Positions 37,708-51,205 of a stretch of DNA of 64,000 nt are shown piece after piece. The notes under the pieces are model-generated. The model ran no database searches. It was not told where the DNA came from and saw only the letters and a program-made list of their open reading frames with translations. Within the stretch, counting starts at the first letter, position 1. Every line of letters starts with the position of its first letter. Source of the DNA: Harriotta raleighana (taxonomy: Eukaryota). The stretch covers positions 2,717,367 through 2,781,366 of the forward strand of contig JBNZDD010013679.1 in NCBI GenBank assembly GCA_050575255.1, in the 5' to 3' direction. Both the position numbers and the translations under genes were made by a program.

Positions 37708-38133
37708 TTAATCACATCCAACCTCGCCCGGCTCCATTGGCTCCACATACCATAGAGGATCAAAATTCTCGTCCATCCATAGCTTTGCCTCCTGGTACCT
37801 TATCAATCTGTCCACTCCCTGCACTAAGCAAACCCCAGCCTGCCCCACTGTCAGTCGGATCCTCAGCCTCTCTGCCCCCACCCTCTGCAACTCCATCTCA
37901 CATTCCCTTCATCTTGCTGCCTCCCTTGCCTTCTTCAAAGCACACCTCAAGATCCTGCTCTTTGATCTTGATTTGGCCACACTCCTACACCCACCCTCCC
38001 CGCCCTCCACCCTCCCTGAAGCCAACACCCCTGCTCCCCTCCACTGCCAGCTCGAGTCGTACTCCCTGACTGTTTAGAGCCTTGGAACATCCTCCCAACG
38101 TGAAAGGCGCTTTACATATGTAATTTTGTATTG
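37708..38133 (+). mobile_element. L2 3' fragment (tail A)
   Basis: 'cggctccattggctccacataccatagaggatcaaaattc'; tail 'gccttggaacatcctcccaacgtgaaaggcgct'. Confidence 0.75.
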
Positions 38134-39366
38134 TATCTCTTGAACTGCGCCTACAGTTAATTCCCCATTATCCCCTGCTCAACTTCAAATTCCGCTATGT
38201 GTAGTGGTCTGAGACTTTATTCGAAATGAAGTGTGCCATATAAATACAAGTTATTGTTGTTTAATGGGAATAAGTGTGGGTGGGTGTGTTGAGGTACTGC
38301 TGGTTTAACTCGCTAAAAAAAAGCATAGTATACTATCCAGAGCACTATTGTGCCTGGCAACGTTCCCAGCCCTGCTGTTTGTCCAGCTTGGACTACCCTA
38401 TCTTTTAAGGCTTTTGCTGCAGGGCTGACAAGGAGGTAAGTGGAAAGAATCCCTACTCCAGTGTTTAACAGCAATGAAAACAGTGATTCGCAAACTTCAA
38501 TCACTGTGAAGCTTTAAAGATAAACTTGCCTAAAAAGCAACAAAAACAGGAAGCATAGGTGAAGGGAGCGGAGCAATTGAGACAAAATAAGAAGGTTTGA
38601 TAGACAGGAAGGTTTTCACCAAAGCCCTCCTATGTGTTCACGTATTCAAAAGAGGCTTCATTTGAGGCCCAGACACAACCATGTTCTTAAGTGTAAACTG
38701 CCTGACCGGAACGTGTAACACCAAGCACATTGGTTTCAGTCCTCACAGCAAATGGCTTCTGTTCATGTCAAACTCATGAATGAAACAGGCTTCCCTTCCT
38801 TGTAGAGTATTCAGATCAGCAGGTTAGCTGTTACAGCTGCTGTTAACGGCTTATCTTTCACCTTCAGGTCATTTTCTTTTTAAAAAACGCGATTGTTGCC
38901 AGCGCTGTGTATATCCTAAAGCAACTTGCGGAAATGTGTGATAGTCTCCGGCTCCGGTGATAACACTGAATAGATGATGTCTGGGAGGACCACCAGATGT
39001 TTAGCAAACAAGCAGCTTTCAAGACGTTTCCGTAATTATTCATAAGAATGGTGTCATTCCTATCCAGGAAAGATACATCCCAGAAAGGTGAAGCAGCTGT
39101 TAGAAACAACGTGGGCTGCTTCTGTTCGAGCAATGTACGTTCATTATTCTTTGCAAATTCTCTCTTGCATTTTCAGTCATCGAAGGAGCCAGATTGCTCA
39201 GTCACATACTGCCAAGGTTAAGGACAGAATTGCTGCTGAAATGTAGATCGTCTCAATCAGATAATCTCTGCAGTCGTGCAATCTTTCGATATCTGGATTT
39301 AAATTTGGCACAGGGCTTCGCTCAGCACTTTTTGTAAGAAAAAAAGATCAATTCTTATCAACAAAT

Positions 39367-40054
39367 GAGCCTTATAGCTCAATGGTTAGAGCACTCGCCT
39401 CATAAGCAAGAGACCTGGGTTAAATTCCTGGCAGGCCGAAATCTCAGGCAAGTTTGCTTACTCCCTGATAATCATCCCTCAAGATGAAAAACAACAACAA
39501 CAACTTGCATTTATATCCTCCAGGTGGGTCAGTGTCTCAAACCGCTTCACAATGGCAATGGCCAAGACTGAGCCAGGGGATGGGGGAGGGGAAAGCTGTG
39601 GTCGAAAAGAAAGGTCTTCAGCCGCAACCTGAAGTTGGGAAGGGAGGGGGCAAAACAACAATAAAATTACGGTACATTTATAGCGCGGCTTTCACATCAG
39701 GAGGATGTCCCAAGGCACTGGGGTTGAGGGAGGGAGTTTCAAAGTTTCAGGGCATAGTGGCTGAAAGCACGGTTGCCGATGATGGAGGGGAGGATTTGGG
39801 TAACAAGTAGGAGGCCGGACTCAGTAGAGAGGAGGCAGCGGATACTGCTGTGAGGAAAGAGGAGATTGGAAAAGTAGGGGATCACTCAATCCATGACTGT
39901 TTCTGGGACACTGCTGTGCGCAATTGGCTTCTGTGGTTCACTCACAAATATACAGTCAATTCAATTCACAGTATATTCTGTGAAGCGTTTTGAGACATCT
40001 TGAAGTCATGAAAAGCACTGTATCGAATGCAAGGATTATTATTAGTATTATTAT
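39367..40054 (+). mobile_element. S-young SINE split by nested L2 pieces (39487-39880, minus strand)
   Basis: Head at 39367-39470, tail at 39882-40054. The inner type-B L2 is itself interrupted by a type-A tail at 39654-39720. Confidence 0.8.
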
Positions 40055-40854
40055 GAGTGTATTTGGATGTGAAGAGGGAAGACTAATCTCTGAGCATAAA
40101 TATATTTAAAGTCAGCCTTGGTTTAGATTCAGAACCATAACTGATTCTGATTCCACCATTCTCTCTCCTTTCTCACCATGAAGGAAATAGTCCTCTTGTT
40201 ACCAGCAAATTGCAATTCTGGTTGCTAAGATGTGAAAAGCGCTATATCAAATGCAAGGATTCTTATTATTATTGCAGACATGGGATGTGAACAGCAGTGG
40301 TAAGAAGGCATTTTCAGCCTCATGACAGAGAAGGACTAATCCTGAAATAGTCATGCAAAGTGAATGTCCTTCAAAAGGACAATGAAGTGTGGGAGGATTC
40401 AGAGGGGAGAGGTTGGGATATTTCTCGGAACTAAGACTCGAAGCAACGAAGAGAGATTGGCTAAGATGAAAAAGCAGGAAAAAGAATGTATGGGGGCTGT
40501 GATCCAAAGTTTCAAAATGTTGAAAGGTATAGAAGATCTCAGAAGCAAGCAGATTATTTGCCTTAGGTTGCAAGCAGCAGAGAGCTAGATGATATTGATT
40601 TAACATTAATTTAAATGAGGATAGAGATTAGTGTTTTTTTTCTGGGAGTGAATACAGACTGGAAAGGACTGCTGTGCCAATTAACTGGACGTGGGTTTGG
40701 TTGAGAACAGAATTGGACGGCGAAGGGATATGTGCAGCCTGAGATGAGCAAGTACTCCTTAGGTCATTAATAACAGGAGCGTCTGTACTGATGGGCCTGG
40801 AAGAATCATACAAGTGGTACGCAGAGAGGCAAAGGCCAAGACTGAGTAATGCAG

Positions 40855-41172
40855 ATAATAAAAATAATAATCCTTGCATTTGATACAGCGCTTTTCATGT
40901 ATTCTAGACGTCTCAAAGCACTTAACAGAATATGCTGTAAAGTGAATTGACTGTATGTTTGTGGATGAAACGCAGCAGCCCACAGCAGTGTCCCACAAAT
41001 AGTCGTGGATTGAAATGACCAATTTTTTATTATTGTGTTTTTTCGAAGGGATTATTATTATAGATGTATGGAGTAAGGAAACTTGCCCAAGGTTTCACCC
41101 TGATCTGCCTGGATTTGAACACAGGTCTCATTCTTGTAAGGCGAGTGCTCTAACCACTGAGCTACAGGACTC
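40855..41172 (-). mobile_element. S-young SINE, full length
   Basis: Reverse complement begins GGAGTCCTGTAGCTCAGTGGTTAGAGCACTCGCCTTACAAG and ends in the (ATT)n tail. Confidence 0.9.
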
Positions 41173-41570
41173 CATCACAGATATGTAATGCCTTGATAAT
41201 ATGATTTTAGTCCTTTTATTACGTTTTATGAGAGGAGAGTTTGTGTGCATAAAATTCCTCCAGAAGCAGAGTGAGTATCCATGATAGTGTATATTATGAG
41301 TGGGGTGTGGAAGGAACTGGTCTGATGGGACAAATGACATTTCACCTTCTTTGTTTCCTTACATTATCAGAATGGGTTGGGGAGAAATTTCACCAATGTC
41401 TAGACTCACGTTTGCATGCAGCATTACAGACTGTCCTGAATTTGACAAATTACAAAACACAGCCTTAATTTTGAAGCAGGTTTTCTGTCAGTTTTTTTAA
41501 GGACTACAGGAAACCGACTTCAAAGTTAAGATCAAATATAACAAAATTGCCAAATTCTGGAGGCGATATA

Positions 41571-41925
41571 CAGTAAAACCTTATTTATCCGTGACCTGAT
41601 CAACTGGATTGCTCGACCCTCTCCCAGGGCAATTCCCCATTTCAGGAATCGCGAGTATGCTCACGTTGTGCGTACGTGCAATGCCTGCGCATGCGCACTT
41701 ATTAAACTTATGCACCTGGGTTTTTTACCGATCTTTTTACCGGAATGCTTTATTGGTAAGTATCCATACAATATTCTGTTACTATTCAGTCTGTTATTAA
41801 CATTGTATGTTTTAAAATAAGTAATTTTTTTATGTTGGGTTTTCGGCAACTTGTCCCCCGTTTATCCGGCAGTCAATTAGTCGACCCCCTCCCCCCGAGC
41901 ATGCTGAATAAACAGGGTTTTATTG
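41571..41925. mobile_element. T1-related MITE
   Basis: TIRs CAGTAAAACCTTATTTATCC / GAATAAACAGGGTTTTATTG, TA flanks; interior matches the 45723 copy. Confidence 0.85.
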
Positions 41926-43969
41926 TAAATAGAATAAATCTTGGAATTTTTCACCAGGAAGGATCAGCTATTTTTCACTCTTAATCTCTGATTTTAGTTT
42001 TGCCTTCTTTCACTCTCTCTCTCTCCATCAACTAAGTCATAGCTAAGAGTTTCTCTTTATGTGATACCATGATGGAAAGTCATCTAATAGGTAAATATCC
42101 CCCTTGTGGGACCAAAAGAGAAACCTTAACATTTTTTTTAATTATGAAAGCAACACCTGAGAGAAATAGACAATAACATGAGAGGAGGTCCCCTTTCAAA
42201 ATTGAACATTAATTATACTGTACAAAGTTTTTTTGGAGGTGGGTGTGGAATCAGACTGGTGTCTCATACATGCAGAAACCCATCACTGTGCTTACGAGCA
42301 TTCAAACCAGACTGAGAGTTCCACAAATGCAGATAAGTGTGATATATTTCCCTCTTGCTGGTATGAAATGCTCACTCTCTCCCCTGAGGAACCCCCTCTG
42401 CTTACCTCATCCCAGGGAGGTTGAGTGCAAGTTCAAAAGTGTATGGATTCTGGATTGTGCATTGGAATAATACTAAAGTTTTAGCAGCTAAAACCAATAT
42501 AAGCACTGACTGAGAAACCAAGAAATTATAATGGGGGTGGGGGAGGGACTGTGCTTAAGATTAACTCATGGAGAATGGGTGAGTTTGTAAATATCACATT
42601 AGTGCTTATGATTATTGGACTATTCTGCCACAAATGTGATAGTGTATTCCTTAACACAATACTAATGGAGATCATACATTAGATCCCTCCCAAGCCAATG
42701 TATGATTTTGCTTATTTCTTTCCCACCTAAAGAGTATGCCTGATCTTCTCTCCTGAAGGCACTGATACACGCCAGCACACACTGGCACATTAGTGCCTCT
42801 AGCTTTGTGTTACATTACCTGAATAGCTTTCCTACATGGGTGAATTGGGATGGTTGGTCAGTCTCTCGGCCATAAGGGGAAAGATATTCAAATCCAATCC
42901 TGCCCTCATCCATTTCTACATTCCAACAGGGAGTATTGTACAGCGTTCAGTGATGGATGAGAACATTATACAGTGTGTATAAACAATGGGAACATTGCAC
43001 AGCATTTAGGAGCAGATTGTTCCCCAAGAGGGTCCTGAGGCCTGCTGTCCAACCCCATTTCCACACAGGCTGACATCAGCTATTTCAGCAGAGTCTTTTG
43101 AACGGATGTAAAGACATTGTTCCTCTATTTCCTTGGGGTGTCACGTTCATATTTACCATTATTTCAGAATTGCATTACTCATTTCTTGAGAGCTATTCAT
43201 TTGACAAATTGATTAGCTTGGAAGAAGCGCTCTGAGACGCTGCCTCGGGTGAAGGGCGCTATATAAAAATAAATTGTTATTGTTGTAATAACGCCTCACG
43301 CCCTCTGAACATGCTAAGTTAGGAATTCTTCCAAGTTAATCATTTTTTGTCAAGTGAATAACCAGCAAGAAATGAATAATGTCACTGTGGAATAATAGTA
43401 AATATGAATATGGCTCCCTGAGGAAATAGCAGTACATAATCTGGTATATGCTTGTGTTTGGAGAAGGACATTTCTGCTTCAAAACTAATGTGAGGAGCAC
43501 CTTCATCTGTCAATCAAGCCAATGTCTGAATCCATCTTGTGCCAGTTTTGTTGCTGAGCCACAATAGATGTACACAGTGGATGTATAGTGCAGATGTGCA
43601 CCATAGATGTACTCTGAGGATGTATGTCTGCCAAGGAAAATCAATCATCATCCTTTTGAAATTTCCAGAATTTCCACCTCTTTGGATGGGAATATATGCT
43701 CAGATTTTGGCTTTGTTCATACAAGATGAGGTTAATAATTTAGAGAATAAAGGATAGCTGAGAGGAGCCTATGTAAATATATTGATGAAGATGGTGTTAT
43801 CTCTCACTGCCTGACACAGATTCTCCTCTGTTTTAGACTATGCTGGCCTCTGCTGTTCATTAATTGCAACAAAACGGATGTGTTTTTAACCTTGGGGATT
43901 TCCAGTAGCTTACTTAGCAATGGTACAATAAGCTATTTTGTTTGAAATTGAGGGGAAGTATTGTTGAAA

Positions 43970-44570
43970 CTACTGACTGTCTGCTTGTCTGACGTCAAAG
44001 CCTGGATGAGCCCAACTTTCTGCAGCTGAAAATGGGCAAGACGGAAGCTATTCTCTTTGGATCCTGTATTCTACCTGTAATTCTGAAGTCTTTAACCTCT
44101 CCGGCCTATCTCTCAATCTCACCAAATCTGTACACAACCTTGGCAACAAGATTCAAACCCTAGATATCTTTCCTGAGCCACTGACCAGCACTGCCTTCCT
44201 CCACCTCCACCACTTAATCTGCCTTCACCACTATTTTACGACGTCCTCCTGACGTGAAACGCGCTCTATAAATGTAATTTTGTTGTTGTTGTTGTTCATT
44301 CATGCTTCCGTCACCTCCTACCTAGAGATTTCCAATGCACTTCCTCTCCAGTCTCCACAGCTCCACTATATACAACATCGAAATGATGCAAAATCCATCA
44401 CCTCAGTAATTGCCAGGCTCCACTGTCTTCCTGTTGCGGAAAGGATAGTTTTCAAAATCCTCTCTCTTACTTTCAAATCAGTAGGTCCCCGATCTGCTCA
44501 CATCTGGTCAGCTGGCTCAGCCTTCTGCAGGCTCCTCACATCACCATTGGCAGTTGTGCCTTCAGCTACT
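43970..44570 (+). mobile_element. L2 RT fragment with a short type-A tail inserted at about 44238-44295
   Basis: 'tgcttgtctgacgtcaaagcctggatgagcccaactttctgcagctgaa' (CLSDVKAWM..NFLQL); LHCLPVAERIVFKIL. Confidence 0.8.
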
Positions 44571-44811
44571 AAATGAAAACAAATGAATCTTACTTCATTA
44601 GGTTTGGTTGTGGTTACCAAGTGTAGTTCAACCTCAGGGAGTGACGATCCTCAGAAAACAGCTTGAACGTTTCAGAAATCTCAACAGAACCCTGAGATTG
44701 AATTATACTTTAACTCTCTTGCACCATCTATTATTTGTGAAATTGTACATTCTGGATTCTAATTTGTAAGCTTTCCAGGTGGATTTATGTCCAGATTTGT
44801 TGTGGCTGATG

Positions 44812-44953
44812 CTCTGGATATACACAGCTCTATCTGGATGCACACAGCTCTATCTGGATGTACACAGCATTCTCTGGATGTATACAACACTCTTGGGATG
44901 CGCACAACACTCTGGATATACACAACATTCTCCGGATATCCACAGCATTCTCT
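44812..44953. repeat. About 20-bp minisatellite, about 7 units
   Basis: Unit approximately CTCTGGATRYACACAGCATT. Confidence 0.85.
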
Positions 44954-45722
44954 AAAGCCTCACAGTCCCAGACATTGCAAAATATTTAACTCATCTAACT
45001 TTTCATCTATGTGTCTTTTGGGGAAATCGGGGAATATTTTTTGCAAAATCTTTTCTCCAGAAATTGAGATGTTTGAAGTGCTGATAGATGAAGAGTTCCG
45101 GAACTGATAGGCCAAACAACATTTATTTCTTCTGTGCACTGTTTTTTCTCTCCTGGTTGAAGTCCTACTTGACTCACTGCCACCATTTCAACTCCTCTAA
45201 TGGTTTTTCTTCCTGCCCCATACAGTAACCTGGGGTGTATTCCAAGGCTCTATTCTTCGAGACATTATACAGCAGAGAAAGAGCCCAATTGGTCAATCAT
45301 GTCTGTGCCGACTCTTCGAAAAGAGCTGTACAGATCAAATCACTCTCTCGTCATAGACCTGCGAACTTGTCCTACCCAAATAAATATCTACTTCTCTCTT
45401 AAAAGTTGTTTTAAAAGTCTTAAAACCTGCATCTAAATATAAGTTGATTTTATCATTCCCTGCTATTTGGTTTGGAGGTTGACTTTCATCCTCAGAGGAA
45501 GGAATTGTCATGGATGGGAAACAAACCACTTTATTTTCCAGCCACACACCCAATGTCCTCCCTCATGTCAGTATCAAGCACTTACACTTCAGATAAAGAC
45601 CAGACCGGAGACTGAACACTTTTCTCATTGATTGTGCCTACGGCTATGGCCTCTCCTCAGGTCTGTGTAAAGTTCTGCCACTGATAAGTGCTCCGAGATG
45701 TTACCCTGCATGAAGGGCACTA

Positions 45723-46124
45723 CAGTAAAAGCTTGTTTATCCAGCACCCAACTAACCGGAACGCTCAACCAACCAGTATCTCCCAATACAATTCACCATT
45801 CTAGCAACTAGATCTCATACTGGAGCCATCTGGGACACTCGTGAATCTTCTCACTTTGCGCATACATGCAATGTGTGCACATGCACACTTATTAAATTTA
45901 ACGAACGCTAGAATTTTTATTTTACCGATCATTTTACCGAGTGTACCGGAATGCTTTATTGGTAAGTACCCATACAATATTCTGTTATTATTAATATGGT
46001 ATGTTTTAAAATAAGTTAATTTTTTGTGTAGGATTTTTGGCAACTTGCCGCTCAAATATCCGGCATATTTAATTAAACGGCATCAGTCAGGTCCCGAGGA
46101 TGGCGGATAACCAAGCTTTTACTG
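45723..46124. mobile_element. T1 MITE, complete, inserted into an L2 type-B tail
   Basis: TIRs CAGTAAAAGCTTGTTTATCC / GGATAACCAAGCTTTTACTG with TA TSD; it splits 'gaagggcacta|tataaataaaagtt'. Confidence 0.9.
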
Positions 46125-48849
46125 TATATAAATAAAAGTTATTGGTGTTGTTGATGTGAAGCTATATTCATGTTCAAAATTTGTTTTACCAAAAAATAGG
46201 GAACAAAGTTCATTCATAGATTTTTTTCAATCAAAACTCAAAAGTTTTGCTTTTCCTAAAATGCTATTAGCATTTTCATTAGTGTCAACATAAAAATTAG
46301 AAGCCAATGATAATCTGTTTCCAGCAGGAAATATTCAGCAGTTTCAAAGTAAATAGCTTTGACATAAAAACTTCAAAATATTATATATGGTATACTATCT
46401 CCCAAGGATTAATGTTTCATTGTTCTTACTACAGTGGATATGTCTCTCTCTCTTTTTCTCCATTGCTATTAATTATCTTTTAATTTTTTGTCGCTTTGTC
46501 CTGCTGTCATATTCGCAGCAGGATGAGCTATTCATGTTAAAGAAATATTGACCAAAATCTCTAGAACAAGAGCCCCTTTGAGATTAGTGTTACAAATTGC
46601 TCCCTGAACACGCTCCATCACACTAATCATTCAGCCAAACCAGCTAGGGACAAAAGTACAAGAAGAGAGAATTTGTTTTGTGGGATTTTATATGTGACAC
46701 AAAGAATAATGAATATCTATGAGTGAAATTTAAAGTGATATTCTCATCGAGGGTTTCATGTGGCTTCCATTTAAAGTAGGAACATGTTAATTATTGTTTT
46801 AAATCAAAGACTGGCTTGCTAAACCAAACACATAAGAAGAGTAAATGAAACTATTTTTTAATATGGATTGGAGAGCATTACTTATTATTTCACTAAACCA
46901 ACCTGGCCACTCCCATTAATCAACGGACACTGGCCTGCTTCACGTCCTCTAATGTATCTAGCCTACCAACAGCAGATAGGTTTTTTGATACAATAAAAAT
47001 ATAATCCTCTCATTTGATATAACGCTTCATCAAGTCTATGAGTCGACTGAAAACCCTTCATAGAATATGCTGTAATGTGAATTGATTTTATATTTTGTGA
47101 AGATAAGCAGCAGCACAATTGCACACACAAGTGTACCACACACGGATGCTCTGGTTCTGCCTTAACTCTCTGCAACTCCATTGCAAAGTGGTACCAATTT
47201 CCCCCTTCTGCTTGTTCAAGCTTGTCTCACAATGTTGTCCACTCGTTTGGTCAACTCCACCACAATCAGGTTCCCCCCCTGAGTTGTCCAACTAGCATGT
47301 CAAGCACTTTCAGACATCCACCGACCTGAAAGGCAAATATATACTGTCATTGCAAATTGTATTGTATGTATTGGTTCTGTTTTTTGCTGGAGGAGGGGAG
47401 AGGTTTGAGTATCGTGTAAAGGAGAAACTGCCATTGAAAAGACATTAGTGAGTATCAGTGAGTAATAATGTGAGATTTAAATCAAGTGTTAATAACTCTC
47501 AGTTTCCTCTCAATCGCATCCATCCCACACCTATCCACGACCATACCTATCACCCCTGCAGCCATCCAAACATACATACGCACACACACACACACACACA
47601 GTGGGGTATGAATCAATTAATAATCTGTTGTATTAGATGTAATTGATCGCTAAAGTAATTTTGTAATTCAATGTGATATCACATTTTGCATGTGACCGAG
47701 ACTTTTGATGGGTTGCTTTGTGACGCTCTTACTGAGCCATTCTGGCAGCAGTTGTTCATTAATTCCCAGGCCAAATCAGCAATGGCCACACAGGTAGATA
47801 GAATTAACAATACAGGATGGGACAGTCCACATTTCTTGACGATGACCTTTAAGTTACATCTCTAATATTAATGATGTGGGGTAAATGATAATGCTGCTCA
47901 AGAAAATAGGACAAGTAATTCAGAGATAAGGATGGCGCCTGTGAAGTTGATGGATGTAACTTGGTTCCAGGCATTACATAGCAATACAATAAATTGCTCA
48001 CACAGCCGGTTGCATGCATCATTGAAAATCTCAGAGTCTCCATGGTCTTTGTGGCTGTATAAACCTTGACACAGCTATTCTATCAGGAAGAATAGTTTTG
48101 ATAAACTGGAAATTTGATCAAATGTAACACATTTGTTCGAAACTCTTTTAAATGCCCTCTATCTTCCCAATGGCCATTTTAGTTTGTTAAAGTCACTAAT
48201 TTTACCATTTGGAAGGACCAGGACATATTTGTATCATTCAACAGGCATTTAATGAGGGACGAGCCACTCCATTAAAGAGGCTGTAAAAACATTATTGCAT
48301 TGGAAAGTAGATTTGGGGACATGTGCAGGACCTAGAACAGGCCAGTCTCAAAGTTATGCTCTGATGCCACAATAACTGACTACATCAGTATGCTCACTTT
48401 GCACTTTGATTTTGTGGAGGCAGCATATACCCATTCCTGTCTGGAACAACGAAGATCACTTCAATAGTAGCTCTAGCTCAATAACATCCTTTTAAAATCC
48501 CAATAGTGCCCGCTGAACTTACCAGCAAGTGTCATTGTGGTATCAATAAGCATTGAAGCATTTCATGATAGACTCCACCATCACTTGCCTTGTTGATGTA
48601 AAATGGATGACATGTGGACATTGTCAGATTTTCCGATAGGGTGGAGGAGAGTTTTGAATATCATGTCAGGAAGAAACAATAATAATAATCATAATAATAC
48701 GAAGAAGAAGAAACTGCCACTGAATGACAAAGAGTGTTAGAAAGCAATAATGTAACATTTGAATCAAGTGATGATACCCCTAGTCTCCACCCACCCTCAA
48801 ATATCACACCTGGATCACACCTAAAATACTTTTCACCACTCTTGATGAG

Positions 48850-49230
48850 ATTTCACCTTCAAAGTCCTACACTGCCTTGCCTCACCCTACCTTTGTGAAC
48901 TCCTAACTCCTTTTGCTCAGCGGACCCCGGCCTGCTCCATGTCTCATGACCCACTCATCCCACCATCGGCGGGCAAGCCTTCAGTCACTCTGCCCCCAAC
49001 CTCTGGAATTCCATCCCATAGTTACTCAGCCTCACGCCCTCCCTATCCTCCTTCAAGCCCTGCATCAAGACCCTCCTTTTCAACGGTCCCATCAATCACC
49101 CCAAATCCCCAACTTTCCCTCCACCCTCCCCAACCCGAACTCGGGTCTGAAACATTGACTGTCCAGCGTCTTGGAACATCCTCCTGACGTGAAAAGTGCT
49201 ATACAACTGTCATTTTATTGTTGTTGTTAT
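48850..49230 (+). mobile_element. L2 3' fragment (tail A)
   Basis: 'tcggcgggcaagccttcagtcactctgcccccaacctctggaattcc'; tail at 49165-49230. Confidence 0.8.
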
Positions 49231-49249
49231 TCTGCTTCTTTATCACATT

Positions 49250-49700
49250 TACAACAACAATAACTTGCATTTATATAGCGCCCTACATGCTGGGCAGTGT
49301 ATCAGAGCACTTAACAATTTTGCAGCCTGAGGCTGCCAGGAGGAGGGGAAAGATGACTGTAAGCGTGGTCAAATAGAAAGGTCGTCAGACATAATCTGAA
49401 GATGGGGAAGGAGGGGGGTAAGACAAAGGGGTTGAGGGGGGAAATTCCAAAGTTTTGAGATGTAATGGCTGAAAGCACGGTCGCCGATAGTGGAACAGAA
49501 CTTTTGGGGGATATGGATGAGGCTAGACCAAGTAGAGAGGAGGCGGTAGGTACTGCCATGAGGAGAGAATAGGTTAGAGAGATAGGGGAGTGCCGAGGAG
49601 TGGAGGGATTTAAACAATAGAGCGAGTATCTTGAATCAATCCGCTCTGTGATAGGAAGCCAGTGCAGTTTTGCAAGGACTGGGGTGATCGGAGTGTAAGA
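49250..49700 (-). mobile_element. L2 3' fragment (tail B), tail-to-tail with the previous copy
   Basis: ORF 49369..49617 FKSLHSSALPYLS..IGDRAFSHYISKLWN. Confidence 0.85.
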
Positions 49701-50399
49701 TATTGTAATGAATGTGTTAAATAATATCTCAAATTATATTAGTGATACAGTAAATATGTATATATATTGCAATATATGATCAATCACATATGATGGGAAT
49801 TGGTTGTGACTAGCTTCGCAGAAGAAACAAAAGACTGTTTATAAACAACAAACTGCTTGCAGTCCTTATCAGTAATTTTCTCGTGGTAAAATGGTCTGTA
49901 GGTTGGATAGAGAGCTGTGTTGCATTTGTTTTTTTTTAAAAAAAGGATCTATCTTGCAAAAAATAATGGGTGAAAGGTCACTTAATGGTCTGTATAAACA
50001 GAGATCAATTCAGAAGAGAGAATTGAAGAAGAAAGAATTGATACCTGAAAGAAAGAATTGAAAACGAGGGATCAAATTCAACATACCATAATAGAATTTG
50101 AACGTGACATGATGCAGTACCTGGATACTTTGGGAGCTGTGGCTTTCAAGTGAGTGATTTCATATTGGCTTTCATATCAGCTGCAAAAATGAACTAGATG
50201 AATACCTGAAAATAAGTAAATGATAGGCATATGAAGAAATGCATTGAAAGTATTGTCAGCCAGTTGTGCTTCCTTTGTGCTGTGATTTTGTATGATTCTA
50301 AATGATTAATAGAGGTCAATTTTTCTGCAAATGTCCAAAAGAAACTTTTAACTTATTTTATTCTTCCGTAGTATAGGACAATAATCACTGTAACACGTG

Positions 50400-51205
50400 C
50401 ACGATCTAAAGATGGGAAAGGAGGGAGTGAGGCGAAGGGGTTGAGGAGGTAAGTTCCAAAGTTGTAAGGCATAGCGACTCAAAGCATGGCAGCTGATGGT
50501 GGAGCGGAGGATTCAGGGAACAAGGAGGAGGTCGGATCCAGTAGAGCGGAGGCAGTGGGTGTTGCTGTGAGGAGAGAGGAGGTCAGAGAGATAGGGGGGT
50601 GCCGAGGAGTGGAGGGATTTAAACATTAGATTGAGGATCTTGAAGTCAAATTTTGTGAATGGGGGAGAAGGTAAGACTGGCAAGGAGGGCGTAAGAATAG
50701 TCCAGCCAAGAGATGTCAAAGGCATGGAGCAGTTTCGGCAGCTTTTGGAGTGAGCTGTTGATGGAGACAGGCAATGTGGCGGAGATGGAAGAAAGCGATG
50801 CTGGTTAGGGACCTGATGTGGGGGAGGAAGGATAACAGGGGTTTGAGCTTGAAGCTTAAGTTGCGCACAGGTTCAGACAGTTTTAAGAACAAGTGGAGTA
50901 GGGTGAGGAGGTCGGAACCGTGGGACAAATGTCAACGGGAACTAAAAAGTTTGGCTTCCACCTTGTTGATGTTTAACTGCAGGAAATTTGCACTCATCCA
51001 GCTCTCGATTTCCAACAGACAAACTGACAGAACATTAGGAGACTGGGGATCGCAGCTGGAGGTAGAGAAGTAGAGTTGGGTGTCATCCTCATACACGTGG
51101 AAGTTAACATCACCGAGAAGTGACATCACCTAGAGGAAGCATGTAGATGAGTAAGAGAAGGGGGGGTCAAGGATGGATCCTTGGGCTACCCCACGGTTGA
51201 CCGGG
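50400..51205 (-). mobile_element. L2 RT fragment
   Basis: ORF 50932..51129 FHVYEDDTQLYF..WMSANFLQLNINKVE; GVAQGSIL motif near 51180. Confidence 0.9.

Noticed and set aside
49711-50083. Possible solo LTR (TGTAAT...CAACA)
   Set aside because: No TSD and no second copy, so it cannot be supported.
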